A DNA stretch of 64,000 nucleotides from a virus (lineage: Duplodnaviria; Caudoviricetes), in the IMG/VR virus record IMGVR_UViG_3300025519_000052, positions 1-64,000 of that record; one strand, written 5' to 3'. The position numbers and the translations under genes were made by a program. The notes below the pieces were generated by a model, which did not search any database, was not told the origin of the DNA, and saw only the letters and a list, made by a program, of their open reading frames with translations. Shown here piece by piece: positions 45,754 to 56,249 of the stretch (its first letter is position 1; each line of letters opens with the position of its first letter).

Positions 45754-46800
45754 ATGAAAGAATTAACTAAACAAGTACGTATTTTTGACGAAAGTCTCAA
45801 TAATAGTTCACCAAAATTATTTGATGAAGTTAGTGGTATTCTTTATTGGGATGATATAGCTAATCAAACTTATTATGATTTATATAAAGAAATGCGTGAG
45901 CAATTCTGGATTCCTGATGAAGTAAGTATGAACCAGGATGCTCTCCAATGGAAGAACGGAACAATGGATGATAACGAAAAAGAGCTGTTTAAAAATGGTA
46001 TTGGTGTTTTAGCTGTTCTTGATTCAATCGCTACTTATTTTGATAAAATTGCTTCTGATTATATTCGCGATTCAGCTGTTAAAGCAAATATGGCCTTTAT
46101 CGCTTCAATGGAAACAATTCATAATGAATCTTACACTTATACTTTAGCCTCGTTAGTTCCTAAAAATGTTGCCATGGAAGTTTTTGAACGACCAAAAACA
46201 AATAAGTTTATGATCAGAAGAAACAAAATGATGATGGACCTATTTGATAATTTCTTAAAAGAAAGAACAATTGAAAACTTCGCTAAAGCCCTGGTTGCAA
46301 TGTCTGGACTTGAAGGCCTATGTTTTGTAAATGGCTTCACTCCATTTTACCATTTTAATAGAAATAATAAAATGTTCGGTACCGGAACAATTATTCAATA
46401 TATCCAGCGTGATGAAGTGAAACACTCATACTTTCAAACTGTTTTGGTCCGTGATATTATGACCCAATATCAAGAATACAACACACCTGAATTTAGCGAA
46501 TTTGTTTATGATTTTTTCAAAGAATTAGTCGAGCTTGAAAAAGAATTTTGTGAGGATCTTTACAAAGACACTCCTGATATTGATATTGAAGAAATAAAAG
46601 AATATATCGGATTCAGGGCAAATCTTATCTTAGATAACCTTGGGCTTGATAAAATTTTCCATGCTAAGAAAAATCCTATGCCTTGGATTACTGCTTTTGA
46701 TCCAGATAATTTAAATAGGATGAAACGTGACTTCTTTGAAGATAAAGAGGTTAATTATAAGAAAACTACTGAAGAAACGAATGATTGGGATGAGCTATAA
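45754..46800 (+). CDS. nrdB: Class I ribonucleotide reductase beta subunit
   Basis: FWIPDEV, METIHNESY (radical Tyr), RDEVKH. Confidence 0.93.
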   Translation: MKELTKQVRIFDESLNNSSPKLFDEVSGILYWDDIANQTYYDLYKEMREQFWIPDEVSMNQDALQWKNGTMDDNEKELFKNGIGVLAVLDSIATYFDKIASDYIRDSAVKANMAFIASMETIHNESYTYTLASLVPKNVAMEVFERPKTNKFMIRRNKMMMDLFDNFLKERTIENFAKALVAMSGLEGLCFVNGFTPFYHFNRNNKMFGTGTIIQYIQRDEVKHSYFQTVLVRDIMTQYQEYNTPEFSEFVYDFFKELVELEKEFCEDLYKDTPDIDIEEIKEYIGFRANLILDNLGLDKIFHAKKNPMPWITAFDPDNLNRMKRDFFEDKEVNYKKTTEETNDWDEL

Positions 46801-47231
46801 TGAATTCTCCTATTCTTCTAGTTCTCACTTCGAAGACAGGGAACACTAAAACTTTTTTGAACTTTTTACAAAACCACTTAAATAAAGAAATTCAAGTTTG
46901 TGAAAAGTTCGATGTTCCCGTTAAAGATTATAATTATATCATTTTTGGAACATACACATGGGGAAACGGCAAAATTCCTAAGAAAATGAAAGATTATTTG
47001 ATTGCAAATCACAAAGATCTTAAAGGTAAAGAAGTTTTTATTTTTGGTAGTGGAAATTCTATTTATCCGCACTTTTGTAGGGCAGTTGATAATGTTGAAA
47101 AAATTTGTTTAGACAGTGGAGCTATAGTAAGGGGAAAATTCAAGTTTGAACAAAGATTTAATGAAAAAGAAGTACCTCAAGCTGAGCTCGAAGAACTTTC
47201 TAACATATTAAGCAATTTTGGAAGAGATTAG
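46800..47231 (+). CDS. Flavodoxin (RNR-associated)
   Basis: TSKTGNT, GTYTWG, FGSG motifs. Confidence 0.9.
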   Translation: MNSPILLVLTSKTGNTKTFLNFLQNHLNKEIQVCEKFDVPVKDYNYIIFGTYTWGNGKIPKKMKDYLIANHKDLKGKEVFIFGSGNSIYPHFCRAVDNVEKICLDSGAIVRGKFKFEQRFNEKEVPQAELEELSNILSNFGRD

Positions 47232-47266
47232 TCTCTTCCATTATATGACTTTTTATTTTGTCTAAT

Positions 47267-47292
47267 TTGCATTTTTCATAGACTGGATATAA
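47267..47292 (+). promoter_or_regulatory. Promoter motif variant TTGC-N15-GATATAA
   Basis: One mismatch, same spacing. Confidence 0.55.
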
Positions 47293-47324
47293 TAACAATA
47301 ATTTAAGGAAAGGAATGTCATCTT

Positions 47325-47501
47325 ATGAAATTTCTATTTTCACTTGTAATTTTTAGTATAGCTATCATCACTACTAGCTTCATGTTTAGGTGGGGTTTTG
47401 AACGATTATTTAATATTAATCTTGATCTGTTTGGACTCTCTGCCATCTTGTTATCTATTTTTATGATTAAACTCATTTTCTTCTTCGATAACAACGAATA
47501 A
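47325..47501 (+). CDS. Small membrane protein
   Basis: 58 aa, two hydrophobic helices, AAGGA RBS. Confidence 0.55.
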   Translation: MKFLFSLVIFSIAIITTSFMFRWGFERLFNINLDLFGLSAILLSIFMIKLIFFFDNNE

Positions 47502-47631
47502 AAAATTTGGAATCTTAAGTGAATTATGAATTGATAGAGATTATAGAAGAATAGATTTAATCACAGATGAGTTTATGATTTAATTAAATATGTTGGAAAG
47601 TCCCCACAAAATTTTGTGGGATTTTTTTATA

Positions 47632-47668
47632 CGAACATATGTACAATTTTTGATAGACGTGATATAAT
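47632..47668 (+). promoter_or_regulatory. SigA promoter overlapped by a LexA (SOS)-like box
   Basis: CGAACATATGTACA overlapping TGTACA-N17-TATAAT with extended TG. Confidence 0.65.
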
Positions 47669-47718
47669 AATTTATGTAAGTTGTTAAATAAAAAATTATT
47701 TAAGGGAGAGGAAAAAAT

Positions 47719-48093
47719 ATGAAACTCAACTACGCTACCATTAAACCTTTCGAAGAGCTTAAATTAAAATCTTCATTAGACAGTTCTTACAGTACCATAA
47801 AGAAAGAACTTGATGATGCTATAATGGATGTTGTCACTGTCGATGAATTGGATTTTTGGTTTAATGATGAATTTTTGTTTAATGAAAAACCAATTCCAAC
47901 AGTAATTATTAAAAATAACCGAGTTCCTAATATCACTAATTACGATATTGTTCTTTGTGGAAATGTTGTTATTGCTTCTCACGATGAAGAAGGAAATACA
48001 GTTAGTTTAACCGAAGAAGCTATCAATAAGCTAAAACAATTCAAGCTTGCTTTCTTGGGGGTTAATCCAGTTTATATCTATGAAAATTATTAA
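47719..48093 (+). CDS. DUF3846-like protein
   Basis: DFWFNDEFL...LCGNVVIASHDEEGNTVSL. Confidence 0.65.
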   Translation: MKLNYATIKPFEELKLKSSLDSSYSTIKKELDDAIMDVVTVDELDFWFNDEFLFNEKPIPTVIIKNNRVPNITNYDIVLCGNVVIASHDEEGNTVSLTEEAINKLKQFKLAFLGVNPVYIYENY

Positions 48094-48204
48094 TTTTGCA
48101 TTTCTCGACAAAAAAATGATGAATCTCTTGCTACAATTCCACCGACCTCATTATAAAGAATTGTAGCATTGTATGTAGAACCTATTCCTATTAATATTTT
48201 ATAC

Positions 48205-48243
48205 AAAAATATCGACAAATATGCTTTGTTTGTCGATATTTTT
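48205..48243. repeat. 15-bp perfect inverted repeat
   Basis: AAAAATATCGACAAA-N9-TTTGTCGATATTTTT. Confidence 0.8.
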
Positions 48244-48320
48244 TTGTATTTTTATTTTGCAAACATTTGTTCTATTGGTATCATATCACTTGATTTAATT
48301 GAATTTTTTAAATAAAAGAG

Positions 48321-48363
48321 TATTTAATAAGTTATTTATTAAGCTATTTAATAAGTTATTTAA
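48321..48363. repeat. 12-bp tandem repeat, about 3.5 copies
   Basis: TATTTA(A/T)TAAG(T/C). Confidence 0.7.
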
Positions 48364-48389
48364 AAATGATGAGATTCTTTCCTGTCTTT

Positions 48390-48415
48390 TTACGTTTTCA
48401 TTTGTTTAGATATAA
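48390..48415 (+). promoter_or_regulatory. TTAC-N15-GATATAA promoter motif
   Basis: Exact motif. Confidence 0.75.
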
Positions 48416-48435
48416 TAACACAAAACGAGAGGTGA

Positions 48436-48954
48436 ATGAAATTGAGTAGCAGACTTTATAAGTGCTACGGATATTGTGGCAAAAGTTATCCAAAGTCAGA
48501 AATGATCGTATATAGCCCTACCGGTAAAGGTGAAGGAAAAAGATATTGCCTTTCTTGTTATCAAAGAAAAATAAAAGAAGTTAAAGATCGTGAAGAATTA
48601 TATAACTACATTAAAAAAACTTACAACATTAATTTTCCAACTGGAAACATGCTTCGTCAAATCAAATCTTTTGTTAGAGAACGAGGTTATACTTATAAAA
48701 ATATTCGCTTAACTCTTGATTACATCTTCAGAATTAAGAAAGCTGCAAAGCCTGAAGCAAAATATGGAATTGCGTTAGTCCCCTACTATTATGATGAAAT
48801 GCTTACTTATTATAAAAACCTTCAAGAAAAACGAAAACATACAGTAATTAAGAAACCAAATATTGTCCATGTAAAGATGAAACCATTTACTCAAGAAAAT
48901 ATCTATCGCAATAATAAATTAATCAATATGGAAAGGTTGCTTGATACAAAATGA
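48436..48954 (+). CDS. Zinc-finger protein upstream of the helicase (putative loader/accessory)
   Basis: CYGYC...CLSC; overlaps the helicase start. Confidence 0.6.
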   Translation: MKLSSRLYKCYGYCGKSYPKSEMIVYSPTGKGEGKRYCLSCYQRKIKEVKDREELYNYIKKTYNINFPTGNMLRQIKSFVRERGYTYKNIRLTLDYIFRIKKAAKPEAKYGIALVPYYYDEMLTYYKNLQEKRKHTVIKKPNIVHVKMKPFTQENIYRNNKLINMERLLDTK

Positions 48955-50525
48955 TGCAAAATACAAATATTCTTAATCCACCTCGCGCTATATATTCAGT
49001 GATTGGAAACTTGTGCAAAAATCCACAAGTTCTTAGAGATCCTGAAATATTTCTTACGGAAAAGGATTTTGCTCAGGAATTTCATAAAATAATATTTTCA
49101 GCGATCTACAATCTTGCTTATGAAAATGCAGAGACTACTAGAATAAATGAAATTGATATTGATAACTATTTATCTGCTTACCCTAAGTTATATAAAATTT
49201 GGGAAAAACATGATGGATTAACTTATATTCGAGATTCCATTGAACATGCAAATGCAGATACTTTTAAACAAAATTACGAGAGATTAAAGAAATTTGCTTT
49301 ACTTCGTCACTATGTTGAAAATGGGGTTGACATTTCAGACCTTTATAACTATCAATCTCTTGATTTAAAAGAGCAAGACAAAGGCATGAAAACAATTGAC
49401 AAAATGACAGTGCAGCAAATTATCGAGCATTATACATTAAAAATAATAAAAATTCGCGATGAATTTAATGTTGGTCAAGAATCAAAAAACTTTAAGGCTG
49501 GTGATGATTTAGATACACTGCTTGAAGATTTGAATAAAGAACCAGAATTTGGTTATCCATTTCAAAATGGTTATTACAATGCTATTTTTCGTGGAATGAG
49601 AAAAGGAAAGTTTATGCTTCGTTCTGCTGGTACTGGTACTGGTAAAACAAGACAAGCATTGGCCGACATTTGCAATGTTGCTTGTGATACTATTTTCGAT
49701 TATGAAAAAGGATGGAAACCAAATGGTCCTTCTCATCCTGCCCTATTCATATCAACAGAATTAGAAAAACGTGAAGTTCAAACTATTATGTTAGCTTTTA
49801 TTTCTGGTGTAAATGAACAAGTTATTAAAGATGGTAAATATGCAGAGCCTGTTAGAAAACGATTAGAAAAAGCAATTCAAATTTTAAAAAGAGCACCAAT
49901 TTATTGTGTATATGTTGATGATTTTTCAATTGCAGATATTGAAATGATTATTGAAAGACATATCATTGAGCACAATGTTCAATTTGTGGCATTTGACTAT
50001 ATTCAAATGACTCCAAAACTTTCTCGAACAATGCAAAGTGTTTTTGGAAGTAACCTTCGTGAAGATCAAATTTTAGTTCAATTTTCAGCAGCATTAAAGA
50101 CTTTGTCAAATAAATATAATATTTTTATCGAATCGTCAACTCAATTGAACAGAAATGCAAAAGAAAATGAAAATCGTGATACAACGTCTCTTCGTGGTGG
50201 TAGTGCTACAGCTGATAAAGTTGATCATGGCTTAATGACATTCAAAGCAACTGGTAAAGATCATCATAACTTGAAGCATATTTTGGAACAAGGATTCTTT
50301 GAAAAACCAAATTACTCTCATTGGATTTATAAAAACCGTTCAGGAAGAAACAATTGTATTATTTGGACGTCAATGGATTTAGGAACAATGAGAGAGACAC
50401 CTTTATTTGTTACTGATTATGACTTCAACCTTATTAATGATATAGATCAAATTGTAATTGATTTTTCTTTGGAAAATGATATTCCGGGCCAAAATGGAGA
50501 TGTGCCTTCTGATTTTATTTTTTAA
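48951..50525 (+). CDS. dnaB: DnaB-like replicative helicase
   Basis: SAGTGTGKT, ISTELE, FDYIQ, SSTQLNR. Confidence 0.92.
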   Translation: MMQNTNILNPPRAIYSVIGNLCKNPQVLRDPEIFLTEKDFAQEFHKIIFSAIYNLAYENAETTRINEIDIDNYLSAYPKLYKIWEKHDGLTYIRDSIEHANADTFKQNYERLKKFALLRHYVENGVDISDLYNYQSLDLKEQDKGMKTIDKMTVQQIIEHYTLKIIKIRDEFNVGQESKNFKAGDDLDTLLEDLNKEPEFGYPFQNGYYNAIFRGMRKGKFMLRSAGTGTGKTRQALADICNVACDTIFDYEKGWKPNGPSHPALFISTELEKREVQTIMLAFISGVNEQVIKDGKYAEPVRKRLEKAIQILKRAPIYCVYVDDFSIADIEMIIERHIIEHNVQFVAFDYIQMTPKLSRTMQSVFGSNLREDQILVQFSAALKTLSNKYNIFIESSTQLNRNAKENENRDTTSLRGGSATADKVDHGLMTFKATGKDHHNLKHILEQGFFEKPNYSHWIYKNRSGRNNCIIWTSMDLGTMRETPLFVTDYDFNLINDIDQIVIDFSLENDIPGQNGDVPSDFIF

Positions 50526-50549
50526 TGATGAGGATTTTCCTCGTCCTTT

Positions 50550-50575
50550 TTACATACCTGATTGACCAGATATAA
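50550..50575 (+). promoter_or_regulatory. TTAC-N15-GATATAA promoter motif
   Basis: Exact motif. Confidence 0.75.
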
Positions 50576-50597
50576 TAATAAAAAATAAATTTAGAAG

Positions 50598-51647
50598 GTG
50601 AAAAGGTTGAGGGCTAACGATGTAAAGGAAATGCTTAGTGAAAATGACCTCATTAGTCTTTTGGAAGACCTTGGAGCCGAACCTCAAATTCGTGGGAATA
50701 ATATTGTCTCAAAAACTATTTGTCACGGTGGACATAAACATAAATTAGTTTATTATTCAGATTCTAAGGCTTTTAAATGCTTCACCGATTCATGTGGACT
50801 GATGGACATATTTGAATTAGTTGGAAAAGTATTAAACTTGGACTTTTTCAATTCTTTTAAATATGTTTGTATGAAGTTTGGCATTTCATATCAGGGAGAA
50901 GTACAAGACAATGATCGAATTGATACTTTATTTTTTAAGAAATTCAAAAAACAAAAGAAAATAATTTCTTTAAATAAACTTCCAAAGAATATCCTTAATA
51001 CTTATTATGACCTCTATCATAGAGCTTGGATTAATGATGGAATAAGCATTAATTCTATGAAAAAATTTGGTATTAGGTTTTCTATTATGGATAATCAAAT
51101 CATTATTCCCCATTTTGATATTGATGGAAATTTAATTGGAGTTCGTGCTAGGAATTTAAATGAAAATCTTATTGAAGATGGTAAAAAATATATGCCTGTC
51201 TACTATAAAAATAAGGTTTTGAAACATCCAACAGGTGCGGCACTTTATGGACTTAATTTGACAAAGAGACATGTTGAAAAATACAAAACAATTATTCTAT
51301 TTGAATCTGAAAAATCAGTACTTCAGTTAGATACTATGTTTCCTGATATGTCGATTGGAGCTTCTATTTCTGGGAGCAGCTTAACAGCTTATCAATTAGA
51401 AATTCTAAAAGGATTAGATATTGATGAAGTCGTAATTGCCCTCGATAAAGAATTTGAAGAAATTGGAAGCGATGAGGAAAGATTCTATAAGGATAAGATT
51501 AATCGAGTATTTTTAGATAAATTAATGCCCTATTTCCGTTGCAGTGTAATTTGGGATTTTGATAATCTACTAAAATTTAAAGACAGCCCAACAGATAAAG
51601 GAAAAGAAACATTTGAAAAATTATTTGAGAGAAGAATCATAGTTTGA
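50598..51647 (+). CDS. dnaG: DNA primase
   Basis: CH...C..C zinc motif, IIIPHF, FESEKSVL and ALDKE Toprim motifs. Confidence 0.88.
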   Translation: MKRLRANDVKEMLSENDLISLLEDLGAEPQIRGNNIVSKTICHGGHKHKLVYYSDSKAFKCFTDSCGLMDIFELVGKVLNLDFFNSFKYVCMKFGISYQGEVQDNDRIDTLFFKKFKKQKKIISLNKLPKNILNTYYDLYHRAWINDGISINSMKKFGIRFSIMDNQIIIPHFDIDGNLIGVRARNLNENLIEDGKKYMPVYYKNKVLKHPTGAALYGLNLTKRHVEKYKTIILFESEKSVLQLDTMFPDMSIGASISGSSLTAYQLEILKGLDIDEVVIALDKEFEEIGSDEERFYKDKINRVFLDKLMPYFRCSVIWDFDNLLKFKDSPTDKGKETFEKLFERRIIV

Positions 51648-51687
51648 TTCTTCTTTTTTATTTGCTTTGGTTCCTTGGTTTTCTCTT

Positions 51688-51713
51688 TTACGTTTTGTTT
51701 TATCAAGATATAA
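51688..51713 (+). promoter_or_regulatory. TTAC-N15-GATATAA promoter motif
   Basis: Exact motif. Confidence 0.75.
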
Positions 51714-51752
51714 ATATTAAGAAGTTATAAATATTAGGAGGAAAACTCAACT

Positions 51753-53495
51753 ATGAAAATAAAACAAATTGGTAATTACAACGGAGATATAATAAAAACA
51801 ATTCTTGAAAATAGAAATATAGAAGACGTTGAATTGTTTTTGCACCCTAAAAAACAAAATGAATTAAACAGCTTTAATTTATACAATATGCGGCAAGGGG
51901 CTGAAGTGTTGCTTGCTCATTTATTAGTCAATAACAATGGTGCCATACTCGTTGACCCAGATGCTGATGGTTTTTCATCATCTTCAATAATCTATCAATA
52001 TATTAAAAAAATCAAGCCTGATGCGAAACTTAATTATTTGCTTCATGATACTAAAGCTCATGGATTAACTGATAAAATTATTGATAAGATAGTTAATTCT
52101 CCCGAGCCATTCGATTATATTATTATTCCTGATGCTGCTTCGAATGATGAAAAAGCAATTTCTAAGCTTTATTACATGGGAATAGATGTTATTGTTATTG
52201 ATCACCACGAAGTTGAAAATATTCCAAAACAAGGAATTATTATTAATAACCAATTAGATTCTAATATAGAAACAAATAAAAATCTTGTTGGTGCAGGAAT
52301 GGCTTATAAATTTTGTCAAGCTCTTGATCATATTTTGAATACCAATTTTGCTGATGATTTTCTTGAATTGGTTGCAATTGGTCAGGTTGGAGATTCATCA
52401 GACATTAGTGAAAATGAAGTTCGTTACCTTGTTTTTCAAGGAATTAAAAATATAAATAATCCATTTATTCAAGTTGTTCTTGCAGATAAATTAAAGAATC
52501 AAGAAAATGTTGCACCAAAAGATTTATCTTTCTCTATTATTCCACTAATTAATGCTGTTGTTCGTGTTGGGACCGATGAAGAGAAAGATTACTTATTTAG
52601 GGCACTAAACTCAATTAATGCTGATGATACTTTTGTTGTCACTAAAAAGAAAAAGAATAAACAAACAGGAAAATTTGATTCTTTTGAAGTAGAACAAAGC
52701 TTTTATGAATATGTATATGATATTTGTAAAAGAGTTAAATCAAGACAAGATAATCTGGTAAAAAAAACAATGGCTGAATTGTTGACCAACATCGATAATT
52801 CAGGTGGTATTGTTATTGGTGTGCTTCAAAATTCAGATCAAGGTTCAATTACTGGATTGGTTGCAAATAAATTAGTTTCTAAGTTCCAAAAACCAGTTAT
52901 TCTTGTTCACCATGTTCCAGGAAAATATGTTGGTTCTGGCCGTGGTTATGTAAAAGTTCTTCCCTCTTTAAAAGATTGGTGCAATGAAACTAAATTAGTT
53001 GAATTTGCCCAAGGACATGCTAATGCTTTTGGAATTTCTATCTTTGAAGAAAATTTTGAAGCCTTCAAAGAGAAAGCTAAAAAAGTTGAAAAACAAGAAT
53101 TTGTTTATGAAGTTGATTTACTCCTTGAAGGCAAGGTTGATAAAAAACCAATTCTTGATGTTGAGGAGCATAAATATTTATTTGGCGGACGGGTTCATGA
53201 TCCACTCTTTGCCTTTACTGGAATTAAAGTTCGTAAAGAATGGATTAAACAAAGAGGACAAACACTTACATTCTTCGACTCTGGAGTAGAATTTGTTTTC
53301 TATCATGCACCAGAGGGATTATTTGAAAGTCTCACTCACAACTTTGACCAATTCATAACAATGGATTTTGTAGGAAAACCATCAGTGAATAGATATGGAA
53401 ACAAAATAACGCCACAAATAATTCTTGAAGATTGTGAAAGAAATGAACAAAAAACAGAAGAAAAAGAAATAACAATTGCTGATTTGGTATTCTAA
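51753..53495 (+). CDS. recJ: RecJ-like ssDNA exonuclease (DHH)
   Basis: DPDADG, IDHH, GSGRG, GHANAFG. Confidence 0.93.
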   Translation: MKIKQIGNYNGDIIKTILENRNIEDVELFLHPKKQNELNSFNLYNMRQGAEVLLAHLLVNNNGAILVDPDADGFSSSSIIYQYIKKIKPDAKLNYLLHDTKAHGLTDKIIDKIVNSPEPFDYIIIPDAASNDEKAISKLYYMGIDVIVIDHHEVENIPKQGIIINNQLDSNIETNKNLVGAGMAYKFCQALDHILNTNFADDFLELVAIGQVGDSSDISENEVRYLVFQGIKNINNPFIQVVLADKLKNQENVAPKDLSFSIIPLINAVVRVGTDEEKDYLFRALNSINADDTFVVTKKKKNKQTGKFDSFEVEQSFYEYVYDICKRVKSRQDNLVKKTMAELLTNIDNSGGIVIGVLQNSDQGSITGLVANKLVSKFQKPVILVHHVPGKYVGSGRGYVKVLPSLKDWCNETKLVEFAQGHANAFGISIFEENFEAFKEKAKKVEKQEFVYEVDLLLEGKVDKKPILDVEEHKYLFGGRVHDPLFAFTGIKVRKEWIKQRGQTLTFFDSGVEFVFYHAPEGLFESLTHNFDQFITMDFVGKPSVNRYGNKITPQIILEDCERNEQKTEEKEITIADLVF

Positions 53496-53540
53496 TTATA
53501 ACTTTTATACTGGTTATAACAGCTTATAACTGTTATAACC
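53495..53540. repeat. Array of (G)TTATAAC units with 9-10 bp period
   Basis: ATTATAAC 53495, GTTATAAC 53513, CTTATAAC 53523, GTTATAAC 53532. Confidence 0.85.
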
Positions 53541-53541
53541 T

Positions 53542-54093
53542 TTATTTTTTCCAAAACTTCCACCGGCGTTTTTTCTGAGTTACTGTCATCATTTGTTTAA
53601 CTTCTTGTATTGTTCTTAGAGATTCCATTAGCATTTTGTCTCTTTCAGAAATCTTATTTTCTATTAATCTTTGTGAATTTTTATTTTCTTCTTTTAATTC
53701 AATTAATTCTTTTTGCTGATTTTTTAAAATGTTATGCTGCAGAATCATCATTTTTTTCATTTCTTCTATTTGCTTTGCCATAGCCGTTATAACTTCTATA
53801 TTTGGCATAGAAGTTGTATCTTGCTTAAATTCCGGCTCTTGATACACGGTTATAGTAGTTGTGGAAGCGATCACTTGCTTAATTGCATCTTCAACTTTTA
53901 TGCCTGGCTGATTCTTCAATTGAATTATTTTTCTAAACATTTCTATATCCATCTGGCTGAAAGAAAGTCTTCCTTGGTTAGTTCTTTTAAAACGATAACC
54001 CTTTTCTTCAATTGCTAAATAGTACTTTTTAATTGTTGCAGGTCTAACGCCCAAAATAGAAGCAACTTCATCTACTCCAACAAATATATCCAT
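53542..54093 (-). CDS. MerR-like HTH + coiled-coil protein (DUF3967/RacA-like)
   Basis: VDEVASILGVRPATIKKY...RDKMLMESLRTIQE...KKRRWKFWKK; GGAGG RBS at MDIFV; only minus-strand gene in this arm. Confidence 0.8.
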   Translation of the reverse strand: MDIFVGVDEVASILGVRPATIKKYYLAIEEKGYRFKRTNQGRLSFSQMDIEMFRKIIQLKNQPGIKVEDAIKQVIASTTTITVYQEPEFKQDTTSMPNIEVITAMAKQIEEMKKMMILQHNILKNQQKELIELKEENKNSQRLIENKISERDKMLMESLRTIQEVKQMMTVTQKKRRWKFWKK

Positions 54094-54215
54094 TTTTTTC
54101 CTCCATAGTTGAGTTATATCTTTTATAACTATCATAACTATTATATCTTAGTTTTTTCATACTTTCTATTATTTTCTTTAGACAAAAGTCGTCATCTTTT
54201 TTATTTTTATTCAAT

Positions 54216-54241
54216 TTACGTTTCCTTTCATCAAGATATAA
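54216..54241 (+). promoter_or_regulatory. TTAC-N15-GATATAA promoter motif
   Basis: Exact motif. Confidence 0.75.
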
Positions 54242-54279
54242 AAAATATGTAAATTAAATGATTCGGAGGAAAAAACAAA

Positions 54280-54717
54280 ATGACTAGAGAATGCTCAACT
54301 ACTGAACCAAAAATCATTATTTTAGAAGGTGTTGATCGTGTTGGTAAAAGTACTTTGAAAGACACAATTCATAAGTTAACCAATTTCAAACATTTCTTAA
54401 TTGATCGAGGACCAATTTCATACATGGCGTACTGTGAAATTTTTAATAGGCCTATAGATTTGTATTTAAAATATTCAGACATGGAAAAAAGGCTTGCTAA
54501 AATGCCAAATGTTTTGGTGTTTTATTTAACTGCAAATAATGAAACTCTTGTTGATCGTTGTATTGCAGATAATCATGAAATTATTGACTTTGATTTTCAT
54601 AAGCAAGTTTTTGAAAGAATTATAAAAACTTCTCCACTAAAATCGATTACTATCGATACTTCAAATAATTCTTCTGAAAGCATTGTTACAGATTTAATTA
54701 AAGAAGGTGTTTTGTAA
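54280..54717 (+). CDS. Nucleoside monophosphate kinase (dTMP-kinase-like)
   Basis: ILEGVDRVGKST P-loop, IDRG. Confidence 0.85.
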   Translation: MTRECSTTEPKIIILEGVDRVGKSTLKDTIHKLTNFKHFLIDRGPISYMAYCEIFNRPIDLYLKYSDMEKRLAKMPNVLVFYLTANNETLVDRCIADNHEIIDFDFHKQVFERIIKTSPLKSITIDTSNNSSESIVTDLIKEGVL

Positions 54718-54718
54718 T

Positions 54719-55171
54719 ATGAATAAAATTATAATTTATACCGATGGAGGCACTCGTGGGAACGGTAAAGAGTGCAATGTCGGTGGTTTTGGAGCCGTTC
54801 TTCAATATGGTAACCATACTAAAGAAATCTATCAAGGCTTTAGAAATACAACAAACAATCAAATGGAATTAAAAGCTGCAATTGAAGCCTTAAAACAAAT
54901 AAAGAAGTTTAATATTCCTGTTTATGTTTATTCAGACTCTGCTTATCTTGTTAATTGCATGAATCAGAAATGGTATAAAAAATGGATGAACAATGGCTGG
55001 ATAACCTCTAGTAAGAAGACTGTAGAAAATCGTGAGCTCTGGATTGAATTAATTGAATTGGTTCAAAAATTTACGTTTATAACTTTTATAAAGGTTAAAG
55101 GCCATAATGGTAATCCATTAAATGAACGCGCTGATCAATTAGCAAATCTTGCTATGGATTCAGTATCTTAA
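54719..55171 (+). CDS. rnhA: Ribonuclease HI
   Basis: YTDGG, TTNNQMEL, YSDSAY, KVKGH, NERADQLA. Confidence 0.95.
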   Translation: MNKIIIYTDGGTRGNGKECNVGGFGAVLQYGNHTKEIYQGFRNTTNNQMELKAAIEALKQIKKFNIPVYVYSDSAYLVNCMNQKWYKKWMNNGWITSSKKTVENRELWIELIELVQKFTFITFIKVKGHNGNPLNERADQLANLAMDSVS

Positions 55172-55185
55172 TGGAGGAAATTAGT

Positions 55186-55605
55186 ATGAAAAAAATACTT
55201 TCATGGGATGAATACTTTATGGAGCTTGCTCGTGTATCTGCCATGAGAAGTAAAGATCCTCATACACAAGTTGGAGCTTGTATTATTGATTCTGAAAAGC
55301 ATGTTGTTGGTTTAGGATATAACGGCCAGCCCAAAGGGCTTGACAATAAGTTTTCCTGGGATAAAAATGAAAAACATTATTATGTTGTCCATGCCGAATT
55401 AAATGCCATTTTAAACAGTATTAAAAATTTAGATGGTTGCACTATTTATTGTACTCTCTTTCCATGTGCAGAATGTGCTAAAGCAATTGCTCAATCTGGA
55501 ATTATTAAAGTAATTTATCTTTCTGATAAAGATAAAGACAAGGAATACAATAAAGCAGCTAAAAAAATATTTACAGAATGCGGAATTGAATATGAGCAAA
55601 TGTAA
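55186..55605 (+). CDS. dCMP deaminase
   Basis: SKDPHTQVGA, HAELNA, PCAEC. Confidence 0.93.
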   Translation: MKKILSWDEYFMELARVSAMRSKDPHTQVGACIIDSEKHVVGLGYNGQPKGLDNKFSWDKNEKHYYVVHAELNAILNSIKNLDGCTIYCTLFPCAECAKAIAQSGIIKVIYLSDKDKDKEYNKAAKKIFTECGIEYEQM

Positions 55606-55640
55606 TAGTCAAACCAATAAAAATTGATTTGATTTTTTAT

Positions 55641-55666
55641 TTATGCTTCTAAATGAAGAGATATAA
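55641..55666 (+). promoter_or_regulatory. Promoter motif variant TTAT-N15-GATATAA
   Basis: One mismatch, same spacing. Confidence 0.55.
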
Positions 55667-55700
55667 ATAATTTGTAATAAATAAGGAGGTTATAACAATT

Positions 55701-56249
55701 ATGATTGATATAGCTGAGAAAATCAAAGCCCTTGGTGATGAACAAATTTTATGTCTTGGTGAAATTGTTCGTTACAATAATCATCCAAAAGTCCATCGTG
55801 AAACTGTTGCGGAGCATTCTTTCTATGTAGTTACAACGGTTATAAAAATATGTAAGATGTTCGATCTTCCAGATGAAGTTGAATATAAAGCCCTGAAATT
55901 TGCAACTGTTCATGATATTCCTGAAATGCTTACAGGTGATGTTCCTTTCGATACGAAAGTTGCAAATCCATTATTGGAAGATGTACTGGAACAATATGAA
56001 TTGTGTCAACTAAAAGAAAATATACCGGAGTTTTTGGATTTATATAAAGAATTTTGTGATGCAGCAAAAGAAGAAACAATTCCCTTCCTAGTAACAGATT
56101 TAGCTGATAAAGCTTCTGTGTTGCAATACTCCAATTATGAAATTAAATTAGGAAACCGTACCAAACAAATGCTTGATATTAATGAAAAATCGCAAAAGCG
56201 TGTTGCTGCTTTAATTGAAAAATTGGAATCAAAAATTAAAAGAAATTAA
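55701..56249 (+). CDS. HD-domain phosphohydrolase (YfbR/DatZ-like deoxynucleotidase)
   Basis: RY...ETVAEHSF, HDIPE..TGDVP, LADK. Confidence 0.88.
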   Translation: MIDIAEKIKALGDEQILCLGEIVRYNNHPKVHRETVAEHSFYVVTTVIKICKMFDLPDEVEYKALKFATVHDIPEMLTGDVPFDTKVANPLLEDVLEQYELCQLKENIPEFLDLYKEFCDAAKEETIPFLVTDLADKASVLQYSNYEIKLGNRTKQMLDINEKSQKRVAALIEKLESKIKRN

